64,000 nt of DNA from Lenisia limosa (lineage: Eukaryota; Protista; Breviatea): contig LPNZ01009407.1 in the NCBI GenBank assembly GCA_001655205.1, forward strand, positions 2,135-66,134, given 5' to 3'. A program made the position numbers and the translations under genes. The notes under the pieces were generated by a model. The model searched no databases. It was not told the origin of the DNA and saw nothing but the letters and a program-made list of their open reading frames with translations. Shown here piece after piece: positions 40,701-54,200 of the stretch. Each line of letters starts with the position of its first letter. Positions within the stretch are counted from its first letter, which is position 1.

Positions 40701-42409
40701 GTTGATAGTATTATATTATTCCGACAGATATCAAGTTTAAATGCACATGATTTGTTGCAAAAACTTCATACCTCATTATTCTTCGTCACTTCGAACACAT
40801 GAACCTGTCCTGATTCAAAACCAACAACAAACCGGCTTCCTGACCCATGAGCACACTGTACGGTTAAGGTGAATAGAATAAACTAAATTCACATCAATAT
40901 TGTGGTGATTCTTCGGCTCACAGTAATGGTACCAAATCCCGTATGTGTCTCCCATAGGGGTGCAACAACAGTTTCCAAATCACATTCCGGTTCTCCTTCT
41001 CTAAAGAAGTCAGCTTTGTTTGAAAAGAGCTTTGTTTGAAATGGTAGGCGAGAGAAAAAGATGTGCAAAAGGACCTGGACCCATGCAAACAGTCCAGGTA
41101 CTGCAAAGTTGAAAAGTGAAACTTTTTCTTCTGAGACCACCGCTACTACTTCATGCGCACAAATAGTGAAGATGTCTAAAGTGTAAGAAAACTGTAACAG
41201 GTTGGGGAATGAAATTTTCCATATTTACCATAGTATATTTGATTAATATTGTGTTTTGATATATTACATAGGCTTAATTTTAAAATTATATTAAAAAAAA
41301 AACACAGAAAAAACAAAACAAGAGGAGCTGCACTCTGCTCACTTGTGCCATTAGCAATACCAGTGTTTATTGTCTTCATCACCTTCCTAAATTATAAGTT
41401 CTTCAATACGATCTCGAATTTAAGGATCCGATAATTCAGTCCTATTTTTTCTACGCTTCTTCCTGTTAAAATTCCCAAATCAATGAAAAGAATGAACAGG
41501 ATTTGCGCTTCTCATGCGCTTACTCATCAGGTAGGGACGGCACTGACACAATGCCTTGCTGGTCAAGAGTCACAAAAATAGATCCTTCCTCTCTTCCCGG
41601 CGAGGACATAAACGCCCCAGATACGAATTGCTATGTTGTAAACATGTGAATGACGAACGGGATGATCGCAAAGTCTCTCCGAACTTCATACATCCTCTCT
41701 TACAGTAAGCTCCGGCGGTCTATCAACATAGAACCAAGACTCAAAGTAGCTGGACTATTAGAGGGTTCAACACAATGACCTCGCTCATCCAACTTCATGA
41801 GTTTGAGCCTCGATCACAGAGTCCCAATCATAAATCATACATCCTATGCACGAACTTAGTCCCCAATTTACATTTTTATAAAAATAAGCCATAGGACTAG
41901 CCAAATTGATGAGACCCACGTACTATTCAAAAGCGGTCGTATCACAAAGGATGACTCTTTCCTCAAGAACACACATGACAATGTCTGAGTTGAAAAACGG
42001 ACTGCAGCTATAGATGCAGGTAAAAGATGCAGGACAAGGAGACACTTGCGGGTAGTGGTGGGAGTACATGATAAAAATTGGTTCAGAAAAGTGAAAGGGT
42101 TGGAAGAAGAAGACAACAATAATATTTCGAAATCATACCAAATAAAGAGGTTGGAGCTGTTACATCTCACATTAATCTCAAAACACAAAACACAACAGGA
42201 AAAGCATCAACAACCAATCTTCATGTATCCCTCATTACAAGCATAAGACACATTTAGGTGGACCATTTAGTCGCCCACTCTATTTTGAGAAGCTTCCCAG
42301 TTTCTCTAAGTCGAAGTGTTTCAAAAACATCAGGCGAAAACTGATGAAGATGTCGCTGGAAGTTCACTGGCTTTCTTGGTGGTACCACATAAGTGGTGTT
42401 TTCGTCCAT
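37719..42409 (-). CDS. Uncharacterised multi-exon protein with WD40/beta-propeller-like segments (may be more than one gene)
   Basis: Exons MDENTTYVVPPRKPVNFQRHLHQF, QFVSGAFMSSPGREEGSIFVTLDQQGIV, VAVVSEEKVSLFNF, GSRFVVGFESGQVHVFEV and IVLYFLSKSSATGDIFSQ. The exon chain is not fully resolved. Confidence 0.35.
39407..39576 (-). mobile_element. MITE-like ~170-bp element with 28-29 bp inverted arms (copy C of the repeat family)
   Basis: Left arm 39407-39435 ATATAGCAATGGGAAATAAAAAATAAGGT versus the reverse complement of 39549-39576 ATATAGCAATGGGAATAAAAAATAAAGT (1 indel, 1 mismatch). TA-rich flanks. The interior is homologous to copies A, B and D. Confidence 0.6.
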
Positions 42410-42726
42410 GGAGGAAGAGAAGTGAGTATGTGACTATGAGAGGGCTATGATGTATGGCTCTGTTCTTCGTTGTAATATGAAAAATACTTAAGAGGGAGAG
42501 GCAGGACGGACACAAGGATAATAAATAACGATCAAGATATCAAGATCACTAGATTCCTCAGGACAATATGAATATGATCGCTTTGACTGCCCGTTTCCCA
42601 AGCTTCATTGCTTCGATTTTTTGTTCTTCTTAACCAGAAACAGCCACATGGAGATGTTACCCCCACCCCCGTCTTGAAAAACCGAAAAATGTGTTGACCA
42701 CGGTGTGTTGTATTGTGTCAGTTGAC

Positions 42727-43494
42727 TTAGGCCTTGAGGGCATACTTGCGCATGGGGAAAGCAGCCTCCTTCTTGATCTGCTTCTCGGTCTTGCGAGAAG
42801 CCTCGAACTAGAAACATTAGAAACGTGATTATAAAACAATAAGAGGAGCAAGCTGAAACTGGTCAGTGCTTGGTTAAAATTGTCTCATAGAGCTTAGCTC
42901 TCTGAAGTAGCAAATATATTCCATCAATCCAGTAAGAACCCTCAGGCGGTATCCAAACCTACAGCAGTAAGGCGACGACGGATAGCACGGGTCTTCTTGG
43001 CGCGGAGGTCAACGGGGACGAACTTCTTGCCTGCGGAGTTAATTTCATTAATGAATCCAACAGAAAGCTGAGAAAAGCTTACCAGCGTAGAACTTGCGGA
43101 GCTCTTGCTTGCGAGTCTGGTTCATGACGGTGAGAACACGGGCAATGCTCTTGCGGACGACCTTGCTAAAAGAATGAGACCATTTCACGAAAAAGTATAT
43201 TCAACAAAGAGAAAATAACCCCCCAAACATCTTGGAGATCTTGGAGGTGGCACCGTTGGAAACCTTGGCGACACGGAGGTTAGAAAGCTCGGTCTGGAAA
43301 CGTAAAGCAGAGCTAAACAGAAAATCGATGTGTGCTCAACAAAAGGTTTACGCTAACCTTCAACTCATGGAGCTGGTTGGTGAGCTCGTCCTTAGACTTA
43401 ACACGGAGTTCATATGCCTTGACCCGAGCTAAACAGGTTAGCAGTTGCTATAAACAAAAAGAAATCAACTTAGAATACTCCCACACATACTCAT
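42727..43494 (-). CDS. RPL35: 60S ribosomal protein L35 (uL29)
   Basis: [118 protein letters not shown]. Confidence 0.97.
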
Positions 43495-43702
43495 TTTTTT
43501 TACAACACGATAAAGAGGACCTCAAAAATAAAATTGTCCAAGATAAAAGAAAAAATAGATGACATAAGTTCAGTTCAAGAAAATATAATTTCGTAATTTA
43601 ACTTTTTTTTTGTTTTTGATTTTTTGATATTTTTTTGGAGCAGAGCAAGGGGAAGAAGTGTTTAGATATTTTAATTGATAGGTTCTAGCCTGTACTTTCG
43701 AA

Positions 43703-46700
43703 ATGCTGCGTTCAGCTTTGGCGACTCTGAAGCCAAGCAGCTTTGTACGTTTAGGATCAAGAGCATTTGCCAATGCTGCTGGAGGTTGTCCGCCTTGTGG
43801 CCCAATGTCTTCTCAAAGTTTGATTTTTGACGTCTTTTTCATCTTCTAGTTCCATTTTTACAGAGATGCACCACATGGGCTGGTTTAGCATGCTTTTTTG
43901 GCGCTGTTGGAGCAGGTATGTGGGTGGTTGTGCTTTGTAATGGTTGGGTTCTGGAATGGCGTACTGCTAATGCCTCTTCGGTTTCTCACAGCTCGTATTC
44001 AACATGATTTTACTTATTCTAATTGAATCCTATTGTAATTATAGCATGAAACCCCTTATTATTTAGGAACATACCTCACATCACGAACTGGTGGAATTGT
44101 TAGATACAGTTCAGTTCCTATCAAGCCCAAGAAGGACCGCCCTCGTCTTGTTATTCTTGGAACAGGATGGTGAGTGTTGGACGTGTTGAGGTTATTGTCA
44201 TATTTTTTTTTCACATTTTCAGGGCCGCCATGCAGTGTCTGAAAACGGTCAATACCAGTCTTTATGACGTTGTTGTTATTTCTCCCAGAAACCACTTCAC
44301 CTTTTCTCCTCTCCTTACTTCGTAAGTGAAGTTTGTATTTGTGGTTTATTTGAAAATATACTATCGTTGATATATTTAAGTAATTGAGTAAAATTCTTCC
44401 TTTACGTGTGAGTTGCGCGTCACAATTTTAGAACTGCTGTGGGCACCATTGAAAGCCGGTAGGCAGGTTTAAATGGTTGTTTTTTTTTTGATGTATCGCG
44501 TTGTTGTTAATGAGTGAATCCAAATAAGGGTCATGTTTAAGGTCTGTTATCGAGCCTCTGCGCCGCTTTGTTCATGTTTGGAAGAAGGACATCCATTACT
44601 ACCAAGCCAAATGCATTGATATTGACCCCAAATCCAAGAAGATTACATGTGTTCGTAAGTGGGCTTTATTACTTTCACACTGGAAGGATCATTTTGGCAA
44701 TGATGACATTTCAGCGGATCACAAGCGCGTCATGTCCGAGTCTGAATTTTACCTCGGCTACGACAAACTTGTTGTTGCTTGCGGCGCTGTGAACAACACT
44801 TTCGGTGTCAAGGGTGTCAAGGAGCATTGTTATTTCATCAAGGTACAAGGGTGGAAGATTTGCCTGGAATTAATAGATGTTGAATAATGGTCGCCCCCCT
44901 CCCCCAACTAACTCAAGCTTCAGAACTTTCAAATTTCTTTCTTTTTTCCAGGCCGCCCTAATCTCTTTATTTTATCTAATTTTAGTTTTTTCTTTTTCTT
45001 TTCAAAAAATTGCCAAAAACAATTAGAAATTTGAAGAAGTGTTGGTGCCAATACCTCTCACCTTGAGGTTCATATCTAACAACAATGACTGTTACATCTT
45101 TTGGTTTTTTTTTTTGAACAATCTATCCTTTACCTTTCAGGAAGTTGACGGGGCCCGTAAGGTTCGATCTCGTCTCATGGACCTCATTGAAGCTGCGTCT
45201 CTCCCAGGCATGCCGCGCGAGGAGCGCAGACGCCTTTTGAATGTCGTTGTCGTTGGAGGAGGACCTACTGTTGGCAGGGATGGGGTGGCTTCAAATTGAA
45301 TTCCAAAGTGAAGCCCACTCATGCCCTTAGGGAGTTGAGTTCGCAGGTGAACTGCATGACTACTTTGCCAATGAAGTTCGCAACTGTTTCCCACATCTCA
45401 AAAATGACGTAAAGATTTCTCTTATCCAATCTGCTGATACCCTTTTGTGCAGTTTTGACCGCAAACTGAGAAAATGTGGGAGAGATTTCTCAATGGTGGA
45501 AAACTTGTTTATGTGTACATAATTTTATTTTATTCACAATCAAGACGCTGAGAAGACTCTGAAGAAACTGAATGTTGATTTGAGAACCAACTGCCGAGTG
45601 ACTGAGGTAAGCATTGTACTTGGAGAGATTTTCTCATTTCTATACCGAATAGCGAATGCCTCACCATCCCTGGACATACATACATATACTACTTGTATCT
45701 CTGATCCTTTAGGTGGCTAAGAACCACATTATGATCAAGGACAAGAAAACAGGAAAGAAAGAAGACATCCATTGCGGTCTTATTGTTTGGAGTACTGGTT
45801 TGTGGCGAACAGCAAAAACAAGGCCGCATTCCTTTTAGTTTAAATTCATTGGTATCTTCTTGAACCTTTTTCATTACTCTGAGTCAAAATCCATTGTTAA
45901 CATATTAAACCTAGCAATAGTCATATTCTTAGGAAATGCTCCTCGTGAACTGTCAACAAAACTGATCCAAGTCCTTGGCCAAAAAGGCAAGAACCTTGAA
46001 ATCAATCCTGAAACTCTGGAGGTATGGGGTTAGGTTTTTTGTTTCTGGGTTCAAATTGGCAGTTTCCAAATTTGTTTCTTCTCTGACACCCCCCNNNNNN
46101 NNNNNNNNNNNNNNNNNNNNNNNNNNNNNNNNNNNNNNNNNNNNNNNNNNNNNNNNNNNNNNNNNNNNNNNNNNNNNNNNNNNNNNNNNNGGTTTGGAAA
46201 TGAATGACTTTTCACACAATATTTCCGGCATTGTCACAATACTGTTCAATGGTCAATAATAGTATTTTACAGATGGCGTCTCAACAAGGGAAGTTCCTTG
46301 GAAAGGCCCTGAATCAGCTTATTTCGAAGCCTGGCAAACCCTTACCGAAGTTCAAATACCAGGTTTGCAGATCCCTAAGAGTAAACAAACGTTTTAAGGA
46401 CGTTCATCAAATAATATGTTACTGTTTCGGTTTACTTTCTAGTACAAGGGAGCAATGTGCTACGCTGGAGATTCTTCCTCAGTAATTGATGTAAGCGAAG
46501 GAATGTTGAATGAACAACGGAGGGGGGGGNNNNNNNNNNNNNNNNNNNNNNNNNNNNNNNNNNNNNNNNNNNNNNNNNNNNNNNNNNNNNNNNNNNNNNN
46601 NNNNNNNNNNNNNNNNNNNNNNNNNNNNNNNNNNNNNNNNNNNNNNNNNNNNNNNNNNNNNNNNNNNNNNNNNNNNNNNNNNNNNNNAACATTTCTTTTG

Positions 46701-47099
46701 TTTGTGCTGTACTTAATATGTCCGTTTCTGAGGATGATGTTTTTGTGTACAACACATTATTCTCTATGACGTAGTTCTACATTTTTTTTGTTTATTGTCA
46801 CCACAATTTCCGTTTGGCTCGGGATATTTGTGCGATGTTTTGTTGTTTGGTGTTAGATTCGTTTTACCCCCCAGCTGCAGAAGCGACTGGCCTGTGCTTT
46901 GTTTGTTTTGTTGTTATCAACCTTTGTGNNNNNNNNNNNNNNNNNNNNNNNNNNNNNNNNNNNNNNNNNNNNNNNNNNNNNNNNNNNNNNNNNNNNNNNN
47001 NNNNNNNNNNAGCTGTCGCATCGCAACAAGATCCTTATCGGTCTTGACTGGGCCAAAACGGCCGTATTCGGCAGAGACCTTGGGCGGTACAGTGACTAG
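43703..47099 (+). CDS. Type II (alternative, rotenone-insensitive) mitochondrial NADH:ubiquinone oxidoreductase
   Basis: Arg/Ser-rich presequence MLRSALATLKPSSFVRLGSRAFA. RPRLVILGTGW, VVVISPRNHFTFSPLL, YDKLVVACGAVNNTFGVKGV, VVVGGGPT|GVEFAGELHD, ASQQGKFLGK, and C-terminus RNKILIGLDWAKTAVFGRDLGRYSD*. Confidence 0.95.
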
Positions 47100-47338
47100 T
47101 TCTCAGTTCAGTGTGTGTTATGGTAATTTTATTTTTTTCATGGTTGTTTTTGAGTTTGCATAAGTCAAGTTTTGTTTCAGAGATCGTCCCCCCACGGTGT
47201 TGTCCCTAAAATACTCTCAAAACACTTAACTTACAGGAAGCATTTAAGTGACATAAATGGAAACGTTTCTATGGAACATAAAATACATTAAGTGATACCG
47301 TCACCAATTGGAAAGAAAAACTAGAAAAAGAGGGTCGT

Positions 47339-48058
47339 TTAGTTGATAGGCTTGATCTGCAAAGGTCAAGGAGAAGGATAAATTATGATCAATTAGAACT
47401 TCAAAAAAGAGTCGCATACCTTGAAATGAAGGGACATCAAGGAGAAAACGAAGGCCTTCAAGTCAAGAGTAAGGTCTAAGTGGGTGAGAAAGGAATAAAA
47501 AAAAAATTATAGAACAAACAGTAGAAAGCACGGAAGCTCTCAGGGTCCTTGCACTCTTGGACATCAAGAAGAGATCCAACCTTAGCGGCCTAAAAGATAA
47601 GAAAAAGGGGAGAAGCGTAAGGTAGACCAACAGCAAAGGAAATGTGTTCCTTGTCCATGACGATCTCAAGCTCCTGCATGCTAGATCTTTCAGGTTCGGG
47701 CCAAAGGCTATCATCTTCCCTAAATGGAGGTGAGAAGGGACGAGAGAAAAAGAGGAACCAACTTCATGATCTGAGACTGGTCAATAATCTTCTTGAACTC
47801 CTCAATAACGGTAGTATTGACGAAAACTGAACAGTAAGCGGGTTCTAAGCGCCAGAAACACAGTACCTTCTTTGCGAATCATATTTTCACCCTTGTAGCC
47901 AGAGTGGTTAGCGTAACGGAGCTTTCCATTGGAATGGAGCTCAAATTCTGAAAATAAGCAAACAAGCCTTCGTAAATCCTACCAAGGAACTCGTGTCCGA
48001 ACTTGGAGCCCTTGTGGCCAGTGTAGAATCTGAGGTAGAAATCGTTGTCCTTTCCCAT
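47339..48058 (-). CDS. MAGOH: Mago nashi, exon junction complex core subunit
   Basis: [101 protein letters not shown]. Confidence 0.95.
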
Positions 48059-48296
48059 GTTTAAACAAGCAAAAAGAACAATTTTCGAAAAAAAATATTG
48101 GTGAAAAGGGAGAGTAGATCCTCGATCACTTCAAAAGTTGACCAAAATTTCAAAAATTTGCCTTCAACGCCTTCTTGAATTAATTTAGTATAATATATTA
48201 TTAATATATTAATATATTGAAATAGGGACTATTTTTGCATGAAATTACTTATGGAGCGGGTTGTTGCAATTTCATTTTCAGTTTTCTTATTAACGT

Positions 48297-51200
48297 AATG
48301 CCTGGCTCCCTTCCACCCATCGAAGCAGATGTGGCAGGTTTGATATTAGATAGCAGCCAGAGAGCTCTGGGTTCAAAACGAATACTGCAGGACGAGGACG
48401 GAGATGTGCCGCTTGGTTGGATGGAGCAACTGAAATTTACCCTAGTGTCTTGTTTCCGTTATTTTCGGTTGCTTCTAAAATGTTTTTCTGTTTATAAATC
48501 AGAAGATTGTTATCGAGACTAAAATTGAAACATGTTTTGGTTTAATTCAGTCTCCCTTCATCTATATTTGCTGGTCACATATAACCCTTTGCAGTTGTAT
48601 TGAGGATGCCATTTTGTTTACGTACTTAGAAGCGGTGTTGAAATGGTCACAAGGTTCTTCTCCCCAGGAAATTGAAAATGTTCTTGAATCTGCAACGTTA
48701 TCCAGTATCACTGTTTGGGGGATATGCCATTTTACTTGGTATAATCGTACCATTCCTAATGTCTTCATGTGTATAATATAGCGCTATTTTGTCAGGTCTG
48801 CGGTTTAACTAATAGGAAACTAATTAATGAAAATAACCATGTTATTACTAATAAAACAAGACTACTGGACATTGAGCGACATATTCGTATTTGTAATGAT
48901 CAAGATTATGAATAATACTACTGAACGATAAACCTTTTATGACTATTGAATGAAAAATGGCTTTCTTTTATCAAGGTAATTATATCAAGAATTGGGAATT
49001 TCATTCTTTTTTGAACAATAGAGAAGCCCTCGTGAGTTGGAATGGCAAATGATTGGTGGAAGAATAAGATGCTAACCAATATTTTGTGGATGTGTTGGGC
49101 CTAATTCTTCTTTTCAATCTTCCATTTCACCCTCCAGGCCACGCACATAGGCCAGTACATTGAGGATTGGGCGCGAACAGCGGTGGCGACTGCTCTTGAC
49201 CGCGTCAACCCGGGTGGTACGGTGGGAGGGGGGATCTGTTGTGTNNNNNNNNNNNNNNNNNNNNNNNNNNNNNNNNNNNNNNNNNNNNNNNNNNNNNNNN
49301 NNNNNNNNNATTTTCCTTTTGTGTACCGTAACTGTTTAGGGGTCTGAGGAAAGCAAAAGAAACCAGCGCCTTTCGAAGGCGGTTCAAGGCCAAGAAAACG
49401 GTGGATGGGGTGTAGCCGTTCACTTTTTGATATACACATTCACCAAAATCTCTGGTTAACTTGAATTTATTATATTTTGAAAGCAGAATACAAATAATAA
49501 TTACATGAAAGCCTTTTGGAGTTGCCAGTCTTACACCCTTTTATGTTGTGGATGGATGACTTGGCTTCTTATACTCTCTTTAGAGTTCCCATTTGCTTAT
49601 TCAATCAATAATTATGCCACTGTAGATGAAGGCTTCCAACACAGTGTCCTTTTCCAAGACGCATTGAAGTTATGGTCCCATACGCTAAACGGTGGGGAGT
49701 TAACAGGCACTTGGCCGCATTAGGTTGGAAATGTTGGAGCAGAATATAGTTTAACGACTTTTCTTTGTTTTAAAGGGAAAACCATAGTAATTTCCAACTT
49801 GCACATATCCTTCACACCAGGCGTTACAATGATGCTGTGCATTTCTTATCGACTTTGATTGTTTCAGCAATTGAACCATCTCGATTTGAACCGAGGCAAC
49901 TTGCACTACCAGCGTCTTCCCCACCCCCTGGAGGTAAGGCTCAAGCCACAGGTTTTTTCAATTGCTGACTGATTTGCAACCAGGATAACAAAGTATCAAT
50001 CCATCACCAACAGGATATTTTTGACCCCCCCCCCCTCCCCCTCCCCCAGTTAATGTTGACTATCTGTTCTCGGATGATTCCGACGATAACGGTAGTTTGC
50101 CACGTCACCACACGGCGTACCGTCGGTCCACAAGTTTCACCAGATATTCCGTTGGTACCCTTCCGCCTTGGGATGCCGATTTGGATGATGACGAAGATAA
50201 CTTTGATGTTGAAGGACTTAGTCTTGAACAGCTGATCAAAGTGGGTGAAGTTGTGTTGATGAGAGAACGAAGAGTTGAATTTTTTTGGACTTATATGAGT
50301 TTCAATACCGCGCTCCACCACCTTTGTTTGTTTTTTTTTGTGCAGATGTCTCAATTTTTTGTTTCACAAATATTCATTTTCACAACCACCTCCCAGACAG
50401 TCGCACCAAACATTGATGATGCATCTGAAGGCCCACATTGGATGGAAATTGCCACGTCGCTTGCAAATAAAATTCTGGATGCCAACAATAGGTATTATAT
50501 GTACATAATATAGATATTATATATATCATATGATATACAGATAGTATATGACATTATAATTTACATCATATCATATTATTATCAAAGAATATGATATCTA
50601 GCACTAAATTTAGATAAACTTTCCGAAACATCCACCAGTGGGAAGATCTTTTATGGCACAAAGCAGCCCTAGAGATATCTCTCTCATTGTTTTTCATAAT
50701 GTGATGGTATTCTTTGACCAACGTGTAACCTTTTATGAGAATAATTTAAAGTGGGCTTTTCTCACTGACTGTAGTGAATTAGAAGGAGCGACAAGTCTCA
50801 TTCTTCGTCTCATTGAGGTTCTGGGGCACATCCTTGGCAGAATTGTGATAGTTACAATAGGATTATTCTTTACGGCTTTGGAAAGATACTCTATTTTTCA
50901 GTTCCCATTTCTACAGATAGTTTTTCTTTCCATATGTTACATAGTATCTCACTCGACAGCTTGCGGAGGCCGCACCAATGGCCGACCTTTGTTTTGCCCT
51001 TGCGCGGTCGCTTTCCACGGTTGAATCAGTCACAATCCTGCTCACAGTTCATGGCGTGGGATGGGGCAAGGTGGTGGTTGCTTTGTACCTACTGTTGTAA
51101 TTTGTTTTCACCTTTTGCTTATTTTTTGACGATGTTGTAGACTGTTTTACCCGAAACAAAGGACAACGTTCGAGACAGAATGGCACTTTTAACTGAAGTG

Positions 51201-54200
51201 GTAAGCACTCAAATGAATCCTTCCACTCTATCAAGTATCTCTGCTTAAGTACATATAAGTACATATATTATATGCAATCATTTTGCCTTATTATTAAAAG
51301 AGTAATATGTGAACTTGTATCCCTGTTTTTCTTCTGTTTTTGTGACGAAGATACACTCTTGCATTAACCTCTCCAGTCACGGCTTTATGTCCGGTGTGTA
51401 TCAGAGGTGGCACCACTATGGCCCCTTCTTCCCGACCATCTTGCCGGCAACGCCGCTGAAGCCATTGCTGCATTGATTACCCCCCAGGTTAGCATTTTGA
51501 GTTTTCAGCTAACATTTCACTGTCAGACATACTCTACTTTCTGCTTTCTGATTGCTTTGGGGCTCTCTAATTGAAGAAAGACATATGATATGATATGGGC
51601 TTCCCAATTCCCTCATAGCCCCCCACTCCCTCAGTACACGTTTGAAAATAATGGAGATCGATATTTATCACATCGAGAATATGGTATTTTTTCTAGTACA
51701 CTTAAGATAATCATACACCAGACCGAAAACAATGTGGCAACTCCGAGCCTCCTGGCACTGGCCGTTGCCGATCCATCCTTCCAGCACATCGAGGACCTGT
51801 CCAGATACTCGCACGTGGCGCGCACAATTTCGATTGCGCTCGCATCATGCCAGAGCAACCGAAGCGTCACAATGAGCCATCGTGTCGGCCCCAGAGCCGT
51901 TCTCATGTCGGAAGACGACTTTGCCGATGGAAGTAGTTCCGACCCGGGATGGACTGTACTCTGGAACCGAGCCTTATGCCTAGCCGAGCCTTGTCTTGAA
52001 GACAACTGGATCAAGAAGTTCCTTCCTGAGAAGCTACTGGTTCTTGCCCCTGGTGTTTCTCTTATTACACTCTGCCATTTGGTTGTTTTGCTTCCCAAAG
52101 CGCCACGAAGCAAGTGCCTGAGTTCGCATGAGACCGCGTCATCCTTCTTGAAGCAGGTTGGTCTGCGGCTCCTCGTAAGTTCGAAAACTGGTGGAATTTC
52201 GATATTGTTCGGCTAATCATCGAGAGATTGACGGTCTTTTTTCGGTCCATAGGGAACCCTGCCTCCCCCAGATTTTGTTATTGTTGAATTTTGAAAATCA
52301 TTTGAGTGTAATTTTTTTAGGTCGTGGGACTGGTTTCCTCCTTTTCTGAAAAGGAGACTGGGAACAAATCATCTTAGTAAGAGGGGGAGGTAAAGGGCTG
52401 GCCAGTGATGGGGTAATCTGGAAGAAGGGGTGGACAGACTGTATGATATGATATACAGTATATACTTGTATTTGGTGATAAGTATACCTCTGAACATGTT
52501 AGAATGAGTTTCAACATTGATTCCTCACTTACAACTTAGTGTGGACCAAATACTCTCTTCCTGCCTTTCTGGACTTTATTGGATGCACAGCTCTTCACGT
52601 GACATTGCAAAAGTCAGGAAAAGTTGCCTTTTTTAAAAAAAAAAAGATAATTGTATATATGTTGTAAATTCAGATATCGTGTACACGACTGAGTAAAAAG
52701 AAAAATAAGGGATCGTAAAAAAGAAAACTGAAATATTGGTTAATAGTCACATAACCCACTAATACCTTTAGGCAATTCCAAAAGAAACCTGGGCCACTCT
52801 TCTGTACCAGCAGACCGCTAACCGCAATCCGAGCCGCACAGCAACGCCGTTGCCACTGTCCTTCGCGGCGGCAGACCCCCCTTTGAGCTTATGCCTGCGG
52901 TCCGTGCTGTGCTGCATTGCTGAGGAGGCCACCCAGATCCCAGCTTCTACCCAGGCTCCAAGTGGGTGAAATTATCTGCAATGGTGGTTGTTATTGGAAC
53001 AAAAAAAGGTTTCTTACTGATCTAGGATTTACCGAGGAAAATGGCTCATTCACTTCATGGCTGGGCTCAAAACCGCAATACTGGGGCAATACTGTGGGTA
53101 TTGGCATGGAGGGTATTGTATGGTGAAATGTTAGGGAACATAAAATGCAACAATGTGTATAATATATTGAAGGGCAATGTCAATGCAGTGTATGCATATA
53201 TATAGACGATAGTAGAAACAACAACACGGGTATGGCGCATATATTTCCAGTCGTCACGCTTTAGATTATGAGCGAATCGCTCAGACAATTTACCCCTTCC
53301 TCAGAAATGGTGAGATTAGTTATTGGTATCAGTGTTCAATTCTGTTATTATTGTTCACTTTTTAAGTATCTGATAGAGTCGATGTATTCTAGTAATCGTC
53401 AACCTCACCCCACCCCCAGGTTGCTCTTCTTGATCCCATCAAGGACCTTTCAATTGCAGCTAAATCCATTGTTTCTGTCCCAGCACCAATGTTAGTAATT
53501 ACATATGATATAATATTCTAGTTTACTAAATGGATACTATATTTTTTTTATATATCATATAGTATGATGTGAAAATGATATATTTCTTCATTTTCTCACC
53601 ACCAAGGGTCCAGGCCTGGTCGTCGGATCCCACCTCTGCCGACGGCCCAAATATCCCGATGACTGCGGAGGTTGTGACGCGCAGTTTGTTGCGCTGCGCT
53701 GGGGTGGCGTATTTGGAAACGGAGCTCTGGTCTGGACCAGCCGGTATGAGGAGTGCATCCTGGTCTAGTTATTATAGTTATCGAGTAGTTATCTGGGATT
53801 TAGAGGAAGTAACCAGAGAGAATATTGGATTTGAATAAAACCCCAAGAGGCAACTTGGTAATATTGATATTTCTTTAAATACAGCTGAAATCCCGATAAA
53901 TGAGGGTTATTAATGGGCGAAATTCTCCTTTAACGGATTAGATCTCTCGGTCTGGCTTGCTCTAAATGATGGAATTCTTACTGCAGGCCTTTTGAGCCTC
54001 CTCAAATTGGCTGTGGCTACTGGTAGGGGCTGGGCTGAAAGAAGGGTGAAGAAGGGGCTGAAAGAAGGGTGAAGAAGGGGCTGAAAGAAGGGTGAAGAAG
54101 GGTGAAGAAGGGTGAAGAAGGGTGAAGAAGGGGATGAAAGAAGGGTGAAGAAGGGGCTGAAAGGGAAGGATGAGCTTAAATGGTGAAGTAAGTAATTGGA

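Noticed and set aside
42810-42960. Possible snoRNA in the ~150-nt RPL35 intron (TGATGG...CTGA)
   Set aside because: The C box is imperfect, there is no clear terminal stem, I could not recognise an rRNA-complementary guide, and no convincing H/ACA two-hairpin structure is present. A snoscan or Infernal run would be needed.
52905-52960. Apparent selenocysteine motif: TGC TGA GGA GGC reads C-U-G-G in one frame, tempting given the nearby YqeC
   Set aside because: The preceding exon ends in phase 0, and the phase-0 frame of this exon (AIPKETWATLL..VLCCIAEEATQ) is fully open. The TGA is out of frame.
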